This document shows, in pieces, positions 10,391 to 18,639 of a stretch of 64,000 nt of DNA. Both the position numbers and the translations under genes were made by a program. The stretch is from Thermoproteota archaeon (GTDB lineage Archaea > Korarchaeota > Korarchaeia > Korarchaeales > Korarchaeaceae): contig JALSOH010000004.1 in assembly GCA_026986575.1 (NCBI GenBank), forward strand, positions 384,001 to 448,000. The letters run 5' to 3'. The notes beneath the pieces were generated by a model that saw nothing but the letters and a program-made list of their open reading frames with translations, was not told the DNA's origin and made no database searches. Numbering within the stretch: the stretch's first letter is position 1; each line of letters opens with the position of its first letter.

Positions 10391-11476
10391 TCAGTAGGCA
10401 CTGAAGTCGTGGAGCATGCGGATCATCCTCCTGTACCTAGCGTAGGTCGTGTAATCAACGTACTCCTTTCTGGAGACGTAATCCATAGTTTTGGGAGCCA
10501 ACTCTTGGACCTCCCCTATTCCCTCCTTCACCTCAATGTGGAACGCGTCACTCCCAGCTCCCGAACCGAACGATACGACAAGTATCTTCTGTCCGGGCTT
10601 AGCCTGATCCAAGACGGCCGCTAACCCGACCAAAGCCGATCCGCTGTAGGTATTTCCTATGTAAGGAGTTATTAGACCTGGCTTTATCTTGTCCGGTGTG
10701 AATCCAAGCCTCGTCCCTACCCTTAGGGGAAACTTCCCGTTCGGCTGATGGAATATGGCGTAATCGTAATCCTCGGGTGTGGTGCCCATGAGGGCCATGA
10801 GCTCCTTAGCTGCAGTCATTATATGCTTAAAGTAAGCTGGTTCTCCCGTGAAAGCCCTCGTGTGAGCCGGATAGCGTTCATGCTGTCTCCTCCAGAAGTC
10901 AGGGGTATCCGTTACGTGTGAAAGCGAGGCCTCTATCACCGCCACCGACTTGTCCGCTGGACCTAGGATGTATGCGGCACCGCCAGCGGAGGCCGTGTAC
11001 TCCAGCGCATCACCTGGAGCGCCCTGAGCCGTGTCCGCCCCCACGGCCAGCCCGTAATCGATCATTCCAGAGCCTATCAGCCCTAAAATTGATTGAATGG
11101 CCTCAGTTCCGGCCTTACAGGCGAACTCGTAGTCAGCACCGGTGGTGAGCCTGCCCTCACCCCCAGCACCTAGGGCATCGATCAGCATGGTGGCTGTTGT
11201 CTTAACCGCGTAGGGCTTGGACTCCGTCCCGACGTAAACTGCCCTTAGCTTCGACGCATCTATGCGCGCCCGTTTCAACGCATTGATCGACGCCTCGTAG
11301 GCTATAGTGAAGGTGTCCTCGTCGATGCCTGGAACGCTCTTTTCCTCAACCATGATACCCGCGGCATACCTGTTCCAGTCGCGCCCCCATCCTCTCGCAA
11401 GCTCCTCCGACTTGATGCGCCATTTGGGAACGTAAACTCCCCAGCCAACTATTCCAACCTTTCTACTCGCTCTCAT
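10391..11476 (-). CDS. hmgB: Hydroxymethylglutaryl-CoA synthase (archaeal)
   Basis: [18 protein letters not shown] (catalytic Cys), [26 protein letters not shown]. Confidence 0.95.
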   Translation of the reverse strand: MRASRKVGIVGWGVYVPKWRIKSEELARGWGRDWNRYAAGIMVEEKSVPGIDEDTFTIAYEASINALKRARIDASKLRAVYVGTESKPYAVKTTATMLIDALGAGGEGRLTTGADYEFACKAGTEAIQSILGLIGSGMIDYGLAVGADTAQGAPGDALEYTASAGGAAYILGPADKSVAVIEASLSHVTDTPDFWRRQHERYPAHTRAFTGEPAYFKHIMTAAKELMALMGTTPEDYDYAIFHQPNGKFPLRVGTRLGFTPDKIKPGLITPYIGNTYSGSALVGLAAVLDQAKPGQKILVVSFGSGAGSDAFHIEVKEGIGEVQELAPKTMDYVSRKEYVDYTTYARYRRMIRMLHDFSAY

Positions 11477-11698
11477 ATGATCACCTTATCAGCTAGATGG
11501 AACATAGCTGTCTAATCGAGGTCTATAGCTTTGATCAGGAGGCTCCCTCGTCGAAATATTAAAAGTTAGTATGTTACGAGCCGGAAATAAACAAGAATTA
11601 TATAAACGGGGACATGCGAATTCCTACGTTAATCTTGGCGAGAGTCGACGATCCTTTCATTAACTAACGTAGGAGTGAATGTAAAAAGAGGAGGTCTA

Positions 11699-12202
11699 TC
11701 AGGACACTTGACCGCGGTAGACCCTCTCTACCGCCTTCAACAGAGCGAATCCGATCACATCGATGGCTATTACAGATCCTATCAGTATGTAGACAAAGGT
11801 TATGAGGAAAGGCTGGTTGAACAGCTGATATAGATAGGCGGAGACTATCAGGGAGACCGTGACGGGCATCTGACCTAGGGCGAGTAGGGGTCTATCCCTC
11901 AACTTCCAAGCTATGGCCGTTGCGATGAGATTCGCCGCTGAACCTCCTAGGGCATCAACTACCCCGAATGGCCCGAGCATGTTCGCTATGAAGCAGCCTA
12001 AAGTCGTTCCCAGTATAGTTGGGGGACCCATCAGCACTGATAGCGCCAGCAAAGCATCGGCTACCCTCACCTGAACCGCGTAGAAGGATATCGGAGCCAG
12101 CACAAGGGTCAGCACAGCGTACGCAGCCGCTATCACCGCGAGCATGGCGACATCACTACTCAGGTTCCTCATTCTCATCCACCCCGAACGCGTGCTCACC
12201 AA
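11699..12202 (-). CDS. queT: QueT-family (ECF S-component-like) transporter; start uncertain
   Basis: AAAYAVLT..APISF.AVQVRVAD and GCFIAN.LGPFG..D family pattern; about 5 TM helices. Confidence 0.8.
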   Translation of the reverse strand: MVSTRSGWMRMRNLSSDVAMLAVIAAAYAVLTLVLAPISFYAVQVRVADALLALSVLMGPPTILGTTLGCFIANMLGPFGVVDALGGSAANLIATAIAWKLRDRPLLALGQMPVTVSLIVSAYLYQLFNQPFLITFVYILIGSVIAIDVIGFALLKAVERVYRGQVS

Positions 12203-12203
12203 C

Positions 12204-12845
12204 CTATTTAAGAACCTTCCCCGTTTCCATGTACCAGAGATAGAGATCGAGTTCTCCCAAAGCTAAGCCTGTCTTCTCAGCTATTTTCTCGAGTATCGAT
12301 TCTATCTCCAAGTACTTCCTCCTCGTAAGGGACTTGGGCTTCTCTATGATCCCATACCTCACCAGTACATCCACTATGTGGTAATCGATTATTGCCACAT
12401 TCTTGTACCCTATATTCCTCAGGAAATGGCTGGCTTCCTTGTATCCTAGACCTCTCACATTCTTGACTAACCACTCTCTGAGACTCTTCTCATCCTTGAA
12501 GCTGCTTAGGATGTCCTTCAACTTGGGTAAGAGTTTTCTGGCTTCGACGATGTACTCAGCTCTGGCCTTGGGGAAGCGGTGACCGAGCTCCCTCAATCTC
12601 CTCTCCAGTTCCTCCTTGGGAAGCGTTATGAATCCATCTCCTATAGCTCTCTGTATCCTTATCCCGCCTTCAGCGCTGTAGTTGGCAGTTAAGAGGCAAA
12701 AAGCCAGCTCTTTGAATATCTCCTCTGCACTGCTCTTCCCCAGCCGCTCGAACTCCCTCATCCTGATAGCAATTAGCTTGGAGACCTCCTTACTTCTCAG
12801 CCCGTTCACTTCCCTAATCAGTTCCTCCATTCCCACTACTATCAC
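12204..12845 (-). CDS. ogg: 8-oxoguanine DNA glycosylase/AP lyase (OGG2 type)
   Basis: ELAFCLLTAN, HhH motif VRGLGYKEASHFLRNIG, AIIDYH, C-terminal LWYMETGKVLK. Confidence 0.93.
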   Translation of the reverse strand: MIVVGMEELIREVNGLRSKEVSKLIAIRMREFERLGKSSAEEIFKELAFCLLTANYSAEGGIRIQRAIGDGFITLPKEELERRLRELGHRFPKARAEYIVEARKLLPKLKDILSSFKDEKSLREWLVKNVRGLGYKEASHFLRNIGYKNVAIIDYHIVDVLVRYGIIEKPKSLTRRKYLEIESILEKIAEKTGLALGELDLYLWYMETGKVLK

Positions 12846-13488
12846 CCAGCCTGTACGTTACCACCGCCCCATCCTCGAACTCGTCTATCTCCACTGTTCT
12901 CGCCTTCACTCCTGAATCCACTAGCGCAAGCCTGAAATCTTCGAAGTAGTCGTAGAAACCGCATGTTCTGCAGAAGTTACCTGTAAACTCGACCTTGACA
13001 AGATCGCCCCTTATTTCCAGCAACACTGCCTTGGCTTCCGGACTTCTAAGCGAGTTGAACCTCTCAACTGCCCGTTCCACAGCCTGCCGAAGGTCTTCGC
13101 TGGCCTGCTTGAAGTCAAACTTCCAGATTCCATGCTTCGAGCAGAGGATTCTCACCTCAAAGTCACCTCTAGGTCTATCGAACGCGGTTCCAGGCACTTC
13201 GCCCGACAGGTACTTCCTTACCCTGCCGTCCGCGCTTACTATCTCGATCCAGATTATTCTCGAGTCTTGGGTCATCTCATGGGGGACCACTCCCACCTCC
13301 ACATAGATCCTCCCGTCCTCATCGAATATGCTGGGTTCATGCTCTTCAGCGCCGTCATCACCCTCTCCCTTGAACTCCATGGGGACCATTGGCTTGCCAT
13401 GGCACATAAGAGGCTCGCTTCTCGAGCTCGAGTAGGATTCGACGATCCTCCCGCACACAGCGCACCTGTAGAATTCCCCGCCATTCAT
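12814..13488 (-). CDS. Desulfoferrodoxin-like (desulforedoxin + SOR-like) protein fused to a C-terminal CxxC domain
   Basis: YRCAVCG...MCHGKPM; EHEP, HEM, CSKHG; C-terminal FTGNFCRTCGFYDYFED. Confidence 0.75.
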   Translation of the reverse strand: MNGGEFYRCAVCGRIVESYSSSRSEPLMCHGKPMVPMEFKGEGDDGAEEHEPSIFDEDGRIYVEVGVVPHEMTQDSRIIWIEIVSADGRVRKYLSGEVPGTAFDRPRGDFEVRILCSKHGIWKFDFKQASEDLRQAVERAVERFNSLRSPEAKAVLLEIRGDLVKVEFTGNFCRTCGFYDYFEDFRLALVDSGVKARTVEIDEFEDGAVVTYRLGDSSGNGGTD

Positions 13489-13521
13489 CGACCTTTCTCG
13501 AGAACCTGGGTAAATAAAGGT

Positions 13522-14201
13522 TCAAGACCGGGGAGTGAGTGGCTTGAAGGGGGAGGAATCTTCGAGTATCCTCATTGACTTCAGGACAAACCTCAAAACC
13601 AGCAGCATGAGCGGAATTCCAAGTAGTAGGAATGAGCCGGGATCCACGAACAGGAGGAAATCGTAGGTGCCGTGAAGTAATACCGGAAATGCCAGCGCCT
13701 TCGCCAGACCCCCCTGGATCCCATAATCTTCGCCCTCCCCAAGTACACTCCCATGACAGCACCATCCAGCGCGTGGCTCGGAACTGCCAGCACTGCCCTC
13801 ACTAAACCCACCAGAACCCCACCTTCCAGCACGTAAAACAGGTTCTCCAATGTGGCAAATCCCAAGGAGGAAGCTACAGAGTAAACTACTCCATCAAAGG
13901 GCTCATTGAATTCTTTCGAGTTGTAGGCCAGCAATAATACCGCCAAGAACTTCACGAGCTCCTCCGGAAATCCTATACCGAGGTAACTCATGTAAATTAG
14001 GAGCGAAATGTCCCTCAACCTAGGGGATAGGTTAGAAAGTAGTAGGTCCTCAAGGAGTACTGCTGGAAAAACGGCCAGCACCCCAGCGAGGAACACCTTT
14101 CCAACTAGTGACAAAGATTCCCTTTCATATTTATCCTTTAGATAGAAAATCATCAGCAGAAACAACCCAGGGGCCACTGAGAGCGCTAACAGATGTAACA
14201 T
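13522..14201 (-). CDS. prsW: PrsW-family intramembrane metalloprotease, frameshifted at the C6 run 13709-13714
   Basis: EELVK, GFATLEN and PSHA motifs; final motif LLHGTYD lies in the -1 frame after the G6 tract (minus strand) and ends at TGA 13524-13522. Confidence 0.88.
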
Positions 14202-14218
14202 GATCCTCCTCCCACTCT

Positions 14219-14279
14219 GGGGGGTCGGGACTCGGCAAAGTCATCACCCGTCAGCCGGTTGATCCTACCTCATTCCCCC
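14219..14279 (-). ncRNA. C/D-box methylation guide sRNA (dual guide, 16S 5' end and 23S)
   Basis: Minus strand reads GGGGG-AATGA(C)-GGTAGGATCAACCGG-CTGA(D')-CGG-GTGATGA(C')-CTTTGCCGAGTC-CCGA(D)-CCCCCC; terminal stem present; guides complementary to conserved rRNA segments. Confidence 0.85.
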
Positions 14280-14372
14280 TAGAGCCTTGGGGTAATCAAC
14301 CTAATAAAGGGATCAGCCATCAACCCAGCTTCAATCAGCCAGTCAAAAGAGGAGGGTAGGGAAGGAAAGCAA

Positions 14373-15245
14373 TCACCCCTCCTTCTCCGCCTTGACCTTG
14401 GCAGGAAGGGCCTCAGCTGGCTTATGCGGCTTGAGACCAAACTTCCTCTTTATCAAGAGCTTCTTTAAGAGCTGTATTCCTTGGGCAGGATCAACCCCTC
14501 TTGGACAGACATCTGAGCAGGAGGCAGCGAAGTGACAGCGCCAGCACCCATGCTCGGTATCCACGATGGGTATCCTGACATCTAGACCGTCATCCCTAGT
14601 ATCAACTATGTACCTGTACGCCTGAGCTAGGGCTTGAGGTCCTAGGTACTCGTAATCTGTTGCTGCGGTTGGGCAGGCGGAAAGACATGCACCGCACTTT
14701 ATACAATCGGTGAACTGGTAGTACCTAGCATACTCATCAACTGTCTGCTTGTAAGGGCCAGTAGGATTGTTCAGCTCGACCTCATCGTTCCTTATTATCC
14801 AAGGCTTCACAGCCCTGTGCTTTTCGAAGAAGGATGTGAAATCAGCAGCTAGGTCTCTCTCAACGGGGAAGTTATCCAAGGGTCTCAACTCGACGACATC
14901 ACCGCTTCCAGCAGCCTCCAGAACTCTAGTCTGACAGGCCAGCATCTGTTTGCCGTTTATCATCATGGCGCACGATCCACAAAGTCCCATCCTGCAGGAG
15001 TACCTTATTCCAAGGGAATGATCCGTCTCCCCCTTTATTATAAGGAGGGCATCTAAGACGGTCATTCCTCTAGAAACTTCCAGTTCGTGTTCCTCCCAAT
15101 GTGGAGCGTAATCTTTCCTCGGGTTGTATTTGTAGATCCTGAACTTTATCTTCCTCACAGGCTTCCAGAGCTCCTCGGAGGCCTTCACGGTCTCCTCAAG
15201 TACCTCAGGCGGAAGAACATATTCCTTAGCTTCCTCTGAAGCCAT
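14373..15245 (-). CDS. sdhB: Succinate dehydrogenase/fumarate reductase Fe-S subunit
   Basis: SCRMGLCGSC...AC, CIKCGACLSACP, RCHFAASCSDVCP. Confidence 0.95.
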   Translation of the reverse strand: MASEEAKEYVLPPEVLEETVKASEELWKPVRKIKFRIYKYNPRKDYAPHWEEHELEVSRGMTVLDALLIIKGETDHSLGIRYSCRMGLCGSCAMMINGKQMLACQTRVLEAAGSGDVVELRPLDNFPVERDLAADFTSFFEKHRAVKPWIIRNDEVELNNPTGPYKQTVDEYARYYQFTDCIKCGACLSACPTAATDYEYLGPQALAQAYRYIVDTRDDGLDVRIPIVDTEHGCWRCHFAASCSDVCPRGVDPAQGIQLLKKLLIKRKFGLKPHKPAEALPAKVKAEKEG

Positions 15246-15257
15246 AAAACCACCCCC

Positions 15258-15587
15258 TCATGCGAACCCAAGTGCGACCATCAGCACTTGCAGGCCCACG
15301 GCGTACGTGACTATACCCACTATCAGGATGGCCCAGCTGATCCACTTGGTCCAGCACCTGTCGGGTACCATCTCAATAAGGATTACCCTGACTCCATTAA
15401 AGGCGTGGTAAAGGAGGGCAGCCAAGAATATCGCCATGTTACCGAGGTAGAGGACTGGGCTCGCCTTTATGGCCGCGCCTATGACCGGGTCATTGTTCGC
15501 GAGCAGGTGTATTAAACCAGTAATCATTATCAGGACGGCAGCAACATAGTGAAGAAACATGATAGTGGATTCTCTCATGTCAATCAC
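15258..15587 (-). CDS. sdhD: SQR membrane anchor, small subunit
   Basis: 3 TM helices; His in LIHL and YHAFNGVR. Confidence 0.85.
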   Translation of the reverse strand: MIDMRESTIMFLHYVAAVLIMITGLIHLLANNDPVIGAAIKASPVLYLGNMAIFLAALLYHAFNGVRVILIEMVPDRCWTKWISWAILIVGIVTYAVGLQVLMVALGFA

Positions 15588-16012
15588 CCCATCATCGGCT
15601 GAACTATGAGCGCGTAATAGGCCCAGATAGCTGCGAGGACGACGAACAGTACCAAGGCAAACACCACCACGTATCTCTGAACTCCCTCTATCGATACCGG
15701 TCTCTGAGAGGGCTTCTTAATTAGAAGAGGCTTCCCTACAGCGAATCCCAGCTCGGCCAATATTAGCCTTATCCCGTTGGCCGTGTGGAAGGTCACGATG
15801 ATGCCGAGCAGAGCATCCCACCACAGCCCAGGATGCCATCCAGTGCTGTAGAAGTGGGCCAGCACAAACAGAACTATTAGGATTCCAGTTATCCTGTGAG
15901 CAGCGTAAAGCCACCTCTCAATCGTATAGGCCCTATTGAACCAGCCGGAAATACCCCTCATGTTTTTCGCATAATACTCCTTAAACTCGCTCTCAGCCTC
16001 CATAACCCTCAC
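15584..16012 (-). CDS. sdhC: SQR cytochrome b membrane anchor
   Basis: HRITG, LAHF, FHTANGIRL; 3 TM helices. Confidence 0.87.
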   Translation of the reverse strand: MRVMEAESEFKEYYAKNMRGISGWFNRAYTIERWLYAAHRITGILIVLFVLAHFYSTGWHPGLWWDALLGIIVTFHTANGIRLILAELGFAVGKPLLIKKPSQRPVSIEGVQRYVVVFALVLFVVLAAIWAYYALIVQPMMG

Positions 16013-16013
16013 C

Positions 16014-17732
16014 TCAATACTTCCTCTCAGTGGGAGGCCACTTGGTTATCACAACCGGGATGTAGCTGAACTGAGGTTCCCCATCGGCTCCCCTAGCTAT
16101 CATCGTATGCTTGAGCCAGTTCTCATCATCTCTCTTGGGATAATCTAGTCTGGTGTGAGCCCCTCTGGTTTCTGTCCTGTTAAGCGCAGCCCTCGCTACG
16201 ACGTAGGCTATCTCCAGCATTGCGTCCAGCTCCAGTACGTGTATCAGGTTTATGTTATACTCTCTGTCCTTATCGGCTACATGTCCCTCTCCAAATCTCT
16301 GCCTGAGCTCTTTGAGCTTACTTATTGCCTCTTTCAGGCCTTTTTCGTCCCTGAACACGTAAACGTACTTGCCCATCGTGTCCTGCATCTCCCTCCTTAT
16401 GTGATAGGGGTTTTCACCGGTGGACCCCCTGAGTATGCGATCGAATATCCTCTTCTCCTCCTCACTAACCTTATCCATTGGGACATCTCTCAGACCTACT
16501 TTCATGGCGTAATCGGCCGCCTGCCTGCCAGTCAGCATACCGTACACTAGGCAGTCGGAAGAAGAGTTAGTTCCCAACCTATTAGCTCCATGGAGACTCA
16601 CGCACGCGACCTCCCCGGCCGCCCACAGTCCTTTGGCTGGAGTGGCCCCGTAAATGTTCGTATGCACGCCTCCCATGCTGTAGTGAGCAACAGGTCTGAC
16701 GGGCATCGGCTCCTCAACCGGGTCGACGCCTGCGAACCTTATAGCTAGCTCCCTTATATGTGGCAGTCTCTCATCGATCTTATCCTCCCCCAAGTGTCTT
16801 AGATCTAAGAGCACGTAGTCAAGCCCTCCTGGACCCTTAAACCCTCTACCCTCCAAGATTTCGGTCATTTCCGCCTTGGATACCACGTCCCTAGGTGCTA
16901 GCTCCATTCTCTCGGGAGCGTAGTTCTTCATGAATCTCTCTCCCTTGTTGTTTATCAGGTAGCCTCCCTCTCCTCTAGCAGCCTCCGATATCAAGATGCC
17001 AGATGGCACCAGACCGGTCGGATGGAACTGGAAGAACTCCATGTCTTTCAGCGATAACCCAGCCCTGTAAGCCATGGCCATCCCATCGGCGGTGGATGAA
17101 TGCGAGTAGGTAGTGAACGGATAGAGCCTACCTGCGCCTCCCGTGGCGAGCACTCCAGCTTTGGCTTTGAAGACGTAGAAATCACCGGTCTTAAGCTCTA
17201 TGGCGGTGACTCCTCTGAATTCGCCGTTCTCGATGATAAGAGAGGTAACATAGAATTCGTGGTAGAACTTTATGTTATCATACTTCAGGGCTGTGTCGTA
17301 TAAGGTTTGCATCGCATAGAGCCCAGTCTTATCCGCAGCGAAGCAGGCTCTCGGAAAGCTGTGACCTCCGAACTTCCTTTGAGCTATTCTACCATCGGGT
17401 CTCCTGGCCCAGGGCATCCCCCAATGTTCGAGCTGGTAGATCTCTTGGGGAGCCAGCCTAACGAAGAGTTCCACCGCATCCTGATCGGCTAGCCAGGCAG
17501 CGCCCTTTATGGTATCATAAGCGTGCAGATCGTAACTATCACCCTCATCATGATATAGGGCCGCACCGGTTCCCCCCGCATATGCAACAGAGTGAGATCT
17601 CATCGCATGAACTTTCGTCAATACAGCTATGTCCAGTTTACCTTCACTCCTCCTAGCAGCTTCAATAGAAGCTCTGAGACCCGCTAAGCCTGATCCGATA
17701 ACAACTACATCCGTAGTCACTATCTCAGCCAA
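16014..17732 (-). CDS. sdhA: Succinate dehydrogenase/fumarate reductase flavoprotein
   Basis: GSGLAG, RSHS (FAD-attachment His), QFHPTG, SEAARGEGG, HYSMGG, HGANRLG, ETRGAH; TTG start. Confidence 0.96.
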   Translation of the reverse strand: MAEIVTTDVVVIGSGLAGLRASIEAARRSEGKLDIAVLTKVHAMRSHSVAYAGGTGAALYHDEGDSYDLHAYDTIKGAAWLADQDAVELFVRLAPQEIYQLEHWGMPWARRPDGRIAQRKFGGHSFPRACFAADKTGLYAMQTLYDTALKYDNIKFYHEFYVTSLIIENGEFRGVTAIELKTGDFYVFKAKAGVLATGGAGRLYPFTTYSHSSTADGMAMAYRAGLSLKDMEFFQFHPTGLVPSGILISEAARGEGGYLINNKGERFMKNYAPERMELAPRDVVSKAEMTEILEGRGFKGPGGLDYVLLDLRHLGEDKIDERLPHIRELAIRFAGVDPVEEPMPVRPVAHYSMGGVHTNIYGATPAKGLWAAGEVACVSLHGANRLGTNSSSDCLVYGMLTGRQAADYAMKVGLRDVPMDKVSEEEKRIFDRILRGSTGENPYHIRREMQDTMGKYVYVFRDEKGLKEAISKLKELRQRFGEGHVADKDREYNINLIHVLELDAMLEIAYVVARAALNRTETRGAHTRLDYPKRDDENWLKHTMIARGADGEPQFSYIPVVITKWPPTERKY

Positions 17733-17962
17733 AATAATTACCTCCCTTCCTTAAGGGACCTCCTAGAGGAGGCGGGTCAATAAGATAAATGTTCCCTAGG
17801 CTTTTCTCATATATAAGCCTTAGACAACGGGTAATATTTGATTAAATATATAACAAGACAATAGTTATATATAAGTGAACATCACCAGATAAATAACAGA
17901 AATTTTATTTATTTTTAGGGAACTCAGAGAACGAGGTCTCTCTTGAGAAAGGGTGTGTATCT
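17733..17962. promoter_or_regulatory. AT-rich divergent promoter region shared by the sdh and Rieske/cytochrome b operons
   Basis: Several TATA-like boxes (catatataag ~17807-17817, gttatatataag ~17864-17875) in a 230-bp AT-rich gap. Confidence 0.6.
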
Positions 17963-18136
17963 ATGGGGGTGCTGATCTCCGGAATAGTTTCTGGTGCTCA
18001 AAGTCTACTACAGACCACATTCAATCAAATAACTCAACTGTGGGTCTTGGCAGGCTTAATAGCTATGTTTGTGATAGGCCTAGTGATTTACACCTGCTAT
18101 TCTAGGAGCTTAGGTATACCGGAGGGTGAGGAATGA
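17963..18136 (+). CDS. Small (57 aa) single-TM membrane protein, first gene of the Rieske/cytochrome b operon
   Basis: MGVLISGIVSGAQSLLQTTFNQITQLWVLAGLIAMFVIGLVIYTCYSRSLGIPEGEE*; GGGTG upstream; TGA overlaps the Rieske ATG (ATGA); below the ORF-track size cut-off. Confidence 0.7.
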   Translation: MGVLISGIVSGAQSLLQTTFNQITQLWVLAGLIAMFVIGLVIYTCYSRSLGIPEGEE

Positions 18137-18639
18137 TGGTAGATGTGAGTAGGAGGGACTTCATAAAAGGAGGACTGTTAGCCTCCATTGCATTAGCAGC
18201 AGCCGCTGCTGGAGCCCCGCTCATTCAGTATCTCACCTCAGAGAGGGTAGTCGTTGGTAAAGTTAGTGGTGGGGAGAAGAGCAAGCTTCCGATGAAAATA
18301 GCGAATAAAAATGATCTTCAACCGGATTCTCAAATACAGTTCATGATGCCCCTCAATCCAGATGGGAGTAGGGGGCAACACCCATCTATCCTAATAAGGC
18401 TGAGATCGGAGCTAGCCCAGAAAGCGGGAACGGAGTTCAAGGCCTTCAGTGCCATATGCACTCACTTGGGATGCATAGTCCATCTGGAGCCCGGTGATGA
18501 TATCTACTGCCCGTGCCACGCTGGATACTTCGATCCTGTGACCGGTAATGTTCTAGCCGGTCCTCCTAAGAAGCCGCTCCCAGAGATAGAGCTGAAGATA
18601 GACGAAAATGGTGATATTTACGCGGTAGGGTGGAAATGA
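18133..18639 (+). CDS. Rieske [2Fe-2S] protein with Tat signal/anchor
   Basis: SRRDFIK twin-arginine motif; CTHLGC and CPCHAGYF boxes; GPPKKPLP. Confidence 0.95.
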   Translation: MMVDVSRRDFIKGGLLASIALAAAAAGAPLIQYLTSERVVVGKVSGGEKSKLPMKIANKNDLQPDSQIQFMMPLNPDGSRGQHPSILIRLRSELAQKAGTEFKAFSAICTHLGCIVHLEPGDDIYCPCHAGYFDPVTGNVLAGPPKKPLPEIELKIDENGDIYAVGWK

